From NCBI GenBank assembly GCA_039630055.1, contig JBCNVN010000033.1, positions 1 to 10,229 on the forward strand: a DNA stretch of 10,229 nt, in the 5' to 3' direction. The stretch is from Candidatus Caldarchaeales archaeon. Lineage in GTDB: Archaea > Thermoproteota > Nitrososphaeria_A > Caldarchaeales > Wolframiiraptoraceae. Of this stretch, positions 7,064 to 10,229 are shown piece after piece (the stretch's first letter is position 1; each line of letters begins with the position of its first letter). The notes under the pieces were generated by a model, which had not been told where the DNA came from, made no database searches, and saw nothing but the letters and a program-made list of their open reading frames with translations. The position numbers and the translations under genes were made by a program.

Positions 7064-7075
7064 TAATTAATTGTG

Positions 7076-8245
7076 TTATGGCTGCTTCTTTATCTTTGCG
7101 TTTCTTTTTCGTTTTTCAGCAAGTTGGATGAGTTCCAGCCATTTGTTTTCTCCAGCGTACTTCAAGACTCCTGCCGTTTCCACCGGCGTTCTTCCATTCA
7201 GAGATATGTGAGGTTTTACGAAGTTATAATATATTCTATAGCCATCCATCAATCTCTCGGCTGCCTCCATCTTCTTCATTCCACGCATTACCTTGGTTCT
7301 GTCTTTGAATGTTCCGTGAAGCCTCTCTACTAGATTGTTGTTCGGTCTTTCTTCGAGACCTGCCAACCTGATATGTTTAACCCTCGGCCCCTTGAGTCTG
7401 TAGAACTCTTTCCTGAACGCATCTTCATAAGCTCGGAGACCGTCTGTTACAACTTCTGTTGGTAAGTTCTTAGAAGATTCTTTAGCTTTCCTGAATACTT
7501 CTCTAGCATCCGATACTTCTCTCCCTCTGCTCAGCTTTGTGGCCAATAAGTACCTCGTATCGGCGTCCATCAAGTTCCAGAGCCAGAGGTATTCTCCCCC
7601 AACCTTAACTGTGGTCTCATCAACATGCCATCTCCCAGAGGTTTCGGGTTTAAGCTGTTCTACATATCCCTTCATCAAGTCGATATACTTTCTAATCCAG
7701 TAGTAGACCGTTACATAGCTAACCTTTAATCCATGAAACTGCTTTACGTGGTCTGCTATCTTCCTAAAAGAGACCCCCTTGAAATACAGGTCTAAGGCCA
7801 GAGCGATTATCTCCGGTCTATACTTCATCTTTCTAAAAGCATCTTCCACTACTGAGAACTTTCTTCCACAGTTCTTGCACCTGTACCTTTGAACCTTGCC
7901 GTGCTTATTCTTCCTAAAGCCTATCTTCACGACCTTGTCTGAACTACAAAACCCGCAGACTGGGGATGGACATTCTAAGATGAAGCTACCCTCTTCCAGT
8001 ATTTTACTCCTTAGAGTGAGGGAGAACTCGACAGCATGGATATGCTTGCACTTAACCTTTCTATAGACGTGGTCTGGACAGCTACATACCCATCCTTCCT
8101 CGGTCTTTACGACATCGTACCAGCCATTCCCGTTCTGTGACCTGACTTTATAATAGGTGGAGCTAACCCTCCTGACTTGGTTGCCCCTAGCCAGTATTGC
8201 CAGACCTCTTAATTCACGGGAATCCATTCTCTGCAACCAATACAC
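7076..8245 (-). CDS. IS6-family DDE transposase with N-terminal SWIM zinc finger and zinc ribbon
   Basis: SWIM motif WVCSCPD...KCKHIHAV, zinc ribbon CGFC...QRYRCKNCGRKF, HTH SFRKIAD...VSYVTVYYWI, and catalytic WHVDET, VVTDG, NNLVERLH. Start is GTG 8245 or ATG 8227. Confidence 0.92.
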   Translation of the reverse strand: MYWLQRMDSRELRGLAILARGNQVRRVSSTYYKVRSQNGNGWYDVVKTEEGWVCSCPDHVYRKVKCKHIHAVEFSLTLRSKILEEGSFILECPSPVCGFCSSDKVVKIGFRKNKHGKVQRYRCKNCGRKFSVVEDAFRKMKYRPEIIALALDLYFKGVSFRKIADHVKQFHGLKVSYVTVYYWIRKYIDLMKGYVEQLKPETSGRWHVDETTVKVGGEYLWLWNLMDADTRYLLATKLSRGREVSDAREVFRKAKESSKNLPTEVVTDGLRAYEDAFRKEFYRLKGPRVKHIRLAGLEERPNNNLVERLHGTFKDRTKVMRGMKKMEAAERLMDGYRIYYNFVKPHISLNGRTPVETAGVLKYAGENKWLELIQLAEKRKRNAKIKKQP

Positions 8246-8337
8246 CTAATGTATTAGATATTTTGGATGTATTTAACTATTACATTGAATGTTAAGAAAA
8301 CCTTAAATATAGTCAATGCATTAAGTATTTTGAGAAT
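8246..8337. promoter_or_regulatory. Divergent promoter region for transposase and RHH-MTase genes
   Basis: Plus strand GAAAACC-TTAAATAT (TATA 8303-8310) before ATG 8338. Minus strand TTAAATA (8270-8276) before GTG 8245. Repeated AATGT/ACATT-like boxes are present. Confidence 0.6.
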
Positions 8338-8532
8338 ATGTCTCCTAAACCTAAGAAGTCTGATGCGGTGAAGAGGAACATAGTTTTAAAGATGGAGACT
8401 TATGAGCGTCTACAAAGATATCTTCTCGAATTGATACAGAAGCGTGGAGACCCTAGAATAACATTTGACGAAGCCATAAGCGCTTTATTAGACGAGCGCG
8501 AAGGGAGGGTTAAGGATGAGTCGGGGGACTAG
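8338..8532 (+). CDS. Small ribbon-helix-helix DNA-binding protein (archaeal VapB/CopG-like)
   Basis: 64 aa with the pattern KRNIVLKMETYERL...ITFDEAISALLD, typical of archaeal RHH proteins. It has its own TATA box and overlaps the MTase start by 17 nt. Confidence 0.75.
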   Translation: MSPKPKKSDAVKRNIVLKMETYERLQRYLLELIQKRGDPRITFDEAISALLDEREGRVKDESGD

Positions 8533-9457
8533 GACTAGAAGCTTTGGAAGCGGTAAGAGAGAAGGCCACGACTCCTCGCCTTTCTACTCCCGTAAGCTTT
8601 ACAGAGACTTCGCTCTCCCGAAGCCTAGACCTGGAGACCTTGCGGAGAACGAGGTTCCCGAAAAGTTCTTGGACAAGGTGCTCTTGGGGGATGCGAAGAG
8701 CATTCTGAGAGAGCTTCCGGACAGATGCGTCCACCTAATGGTTACTTCGCCTCCATACAATGTTGGCAAGGAGTACGATGAAGATTTAGCGCTGGGAGAG
8801 TACCTCGACTTCGTAGAAGAAGTGATGAAGGAGGTTTACCGAGTCCTGGTCTTCGGAGGCAGGGTGTGCTTCAACGTGGCCAACCTCGGCAGGAAGCCGT
8901 ACATACCGCTCCACGCATACCTGATAGAGAGGTTCGAGCAGATAGGGTTCTTGATAAGAGGAGAGATAATATGGTACAAGGGCGATGCTGTGGCCGGCTC
9001 TTCTACTGCGTGGGGTTCTTGGCTGTCCGCAGTCAATCCAACGCTGAGAGATGTCCACGAATATATCTTGGTCTTTTCAAAAGGCGGGTTCTCTAGAGAA
9101 AGGAGCGCTGGGAAGGAGGATACTATAGCGAGAGACGAATTCATAGAGTTTACGAAGAGCGTGTGGAAATTCCCTCCAGAATCTGCTAGCAGGGTAGGTC
9201 ATCCCGCACCGTTTCCCGTAGAGCTTCCATATAGATGTATACAGTTGTATACGTTTAAAGGAGACGTTATTTTAGATCCGTTCGTGGGCGTGGGAACTAC
9301 TTGTATCGCTGCAATAATAAGCGGGAGGCACTTCATTGGAATAGATGCTGATCCAAAGTACGTAGAGAGAGCGAGGAAAAGGATAGAGAACCTTCTATTT
9401 CAGCAAACCCTCTCGGGCGAGACAGGTTTTGCAAACCTCGACAGATATGGGATATAA
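8516..9457 (+). CDS. Site-specific DNA methyltransferase, beta class, probably N4-cytosine
   Basis: Motif IV VTSPPYN precedes HPAPFP and motif I LDPFVGVGTT, the beta order. SPPY is typical of m4C MTases. Confidence 0.92.
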   Translation: MSRGTRTRSFGSGKREGHDSSPFYSRKLYRDFALPKPRPGDLAENEVPEKFLDKVLLGDAKSILRELPDRCVHLMVTSPPYNVGKEYDEDLALGEYLDFVEEVMKEVYRVLVFGGRVCFNVANLGRKPYIPLHAYLIERFEQIGFLIRGEIIWYKGDAVAGSSTAWGSWLSAVNPTLRDVHEYILVFSKGGFSRERSAGKEDTIARDEFIEFTKSVWKFPPESASRVGHPAPFPVELPYRCIQLYTFKGDVILDPFVGVGTTCIAAIISGRHFIGIDADPKYVERARKRIENLLFQQTLSGETGFANLDRYGI

Positions 9458-9463
9458 AGTGAA

Positions 9464-10081
9464 TTATGGATGCTCTGTCTTTAAGCTGTCCGCAAGCTTT
9501 GCCACCATCTCGTAGAATGCGTCTAGGTATCTTTCTCTAGTAATCTCACCAGAGACTTTCGGGAAGGCGATATAGTTTCCTTTTTCTACCGCTTTCTGTA
9601 CAAGTTTTTCTACCGCTCCCCTCTTTATTCCAAACCCTCTCGGATTCGTTTTATTGCTAGGTATCCACCAGAATTTATTAAAGTTTAACTCCTTTTTCAC
9701 CGACTCTATATCATCCAATTCGAAGACGTATATGCCTTCCTCGATTACGTAGACGATCGGGCTTTTGAACTTAAACCTCTTCACTCTCTCCTTGGATGGA
9801 AAACCATTCCACGCAACCTTTACTACCTCCACGTCTTTAGCTGTCTTGAAGCTATATGCTTTCTTCTCCTCACCTATACATAAGTAGAAGTCCACCTTCC
9901 TCCCTAATTGTTCTCCGGGCTCCTCTACTACTCCAAGCTTGTTTAAGGTTGCTATGAACAACTCTTGTTTCCTCACTCCAACATCAGGGGTCTTGATGAC
10001 CTCTCCAAGAACTTTAAATCCCCTCGCCAAAAACTCTACAACGTCTTGACGATCCTTGAGTAAACATATTAACGAGTCCAT
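9464..10081 (-). CDS. Putative Type II restriction endonuclease, ThaI-like PD-(D/E)xK family
   Basis: Convergent with the MTase (6-nt gap). Contains DVGVRKQE, KVD...YSFKT, VKVAW, GIYVF and IPSNKTNPRGFGI, which recall ThaI-family motifs (EVG..RE, VD...SIKT, VKLIW, TNPRG) as remembered, not searched. Confidence 0.72.
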   Translation of the reverse strand: MDSLICLLKDRQDVVEFLARGFKVLGEVIKTPDVGVRKQELFIATLNKLGVVEEPGEQLGRKVDFYLCIGEEKKAYSFKTAKDVEVVKVAWNGFPSKERVKRFKFKSPIVYVIEEGIYVFELDDIESVKKELNFNKFWWIPSNKTNPRGFGIKRGAVEKLVQKAVEKGNYIAFPKVSGEITRERYLDAFYEMVAKLADSLKTEHP

Positions 10082-10104
10082 GCATTATACAGGCGCATCC
10101 AAAA

Positions 10105-10111
10105 ATATAAA
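10105..10111 (-). promoter_or_regulatory. Putative TATA box for the endonuclease gene
   Basis: TTTATAT on the minus strand 24-30 nt upstream of ATG 10081, directly next to the right inner repeat. Confidence 0.5.
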
Positions 10112-10131
10112 TAATACCCCGGATTTTAACA
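10112..10131 (-). repeat. Right inner (subterminal) repeat TGTTAAAATCCGGGGTATTA
   Basis: 17/20 identical to the left inner repeat 6436-6455, in inverted orientation, with the same 43-nt offset from the end. Confidence 0.8.
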
Positions 10132-10152
10132 CATCTCACTTGAACCTCAGAA

Positions 10153-10174
10153 ACCCCGAAAATTTAACAGAACC
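10153..10174 (-). repeat. Right terminal inverted repeat GGTTCTGTTAAATTTTCGGGGT
   Basis: 21/22 match to 6393-6414. Confidence 0.92.
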
Positions 10175-10182
10175 ATTATTAA
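10175..10182 (+). repeat. Right target-site duplication ATTATTAA
   Basis: Identical to 6385-6392. Confidence 0.9.
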
Positions 10183-10229
10183 ATATACTAAAATACTAAA
10201 AACTTTAAATTTTTTATTAAATAACAACT

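Larger units (their letters stand above)
6393..10174. mobile_element. Complete IS6-family cargo-carrying transposon (3,782 bp) with a restriction-modification system and a tRNA-like module
   Basis: TIRs starting GGTTCTGTT at both ends, an 8-bp TSD, one internal IS6-type DDE transposase, and visibly higher GC than the flanks. Confidence 0.92.

Noticed and set aside
7073-7333. 86-aa plus-strand ORF
   Set aside because: It is an antisense shadow of the transposase.
8510-9144. ORFs 8510..8734, 8786..9058, 8836..9144 and 8866..9096
   Set aside because: They are alternative-frame or antisense overlaps of the methyltransferase in GC-richer sequence.

Overview
Archaeal-looking window (TATA/BRE-type promoters, near-leaderless starts) in two parts. 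Positions 1-6392 are an AT-rich, partly decaying sugar-catabolism locus. It holds an intact class II aldolase, FGGY carbohydrate kinase and NAD-dependent aldehyde dehydrogenase, interspersed with pseudogene remnants of an RpiB-family isomerase, a cupin, a probable transaldolase and possibly a second ALDH. Positions 6393-10174 are a complete 3,782-bp IS6-family cargo transposon with 22-bp terminal inverted repeats (21/22 identical), symmetric inner repeats and a perfect 8-bp target-site duplication (ATTATTAA). It carries a SWIM-zinc-finger DDE transposase, a ribbon-helix-helix protein, a beta-class (probably m4C) DNA methyltransferase and a ThaI-like restriction endonuclease. The most unusual part is at the left end of the element. 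A winged-helix protein gene is followed directly by an 11-bp hairpin whose loop holds an exact 16-nt copy of the gene's own predicted transcription/translation start. Three nt later comes a 76-nt CCA-ending tRNA-like element with a non-canonical anticodon arm. This may be an undescribed protein plus tRNA-processed small RNA module. All family calls come from recognising motifs by eye; no searches were run.
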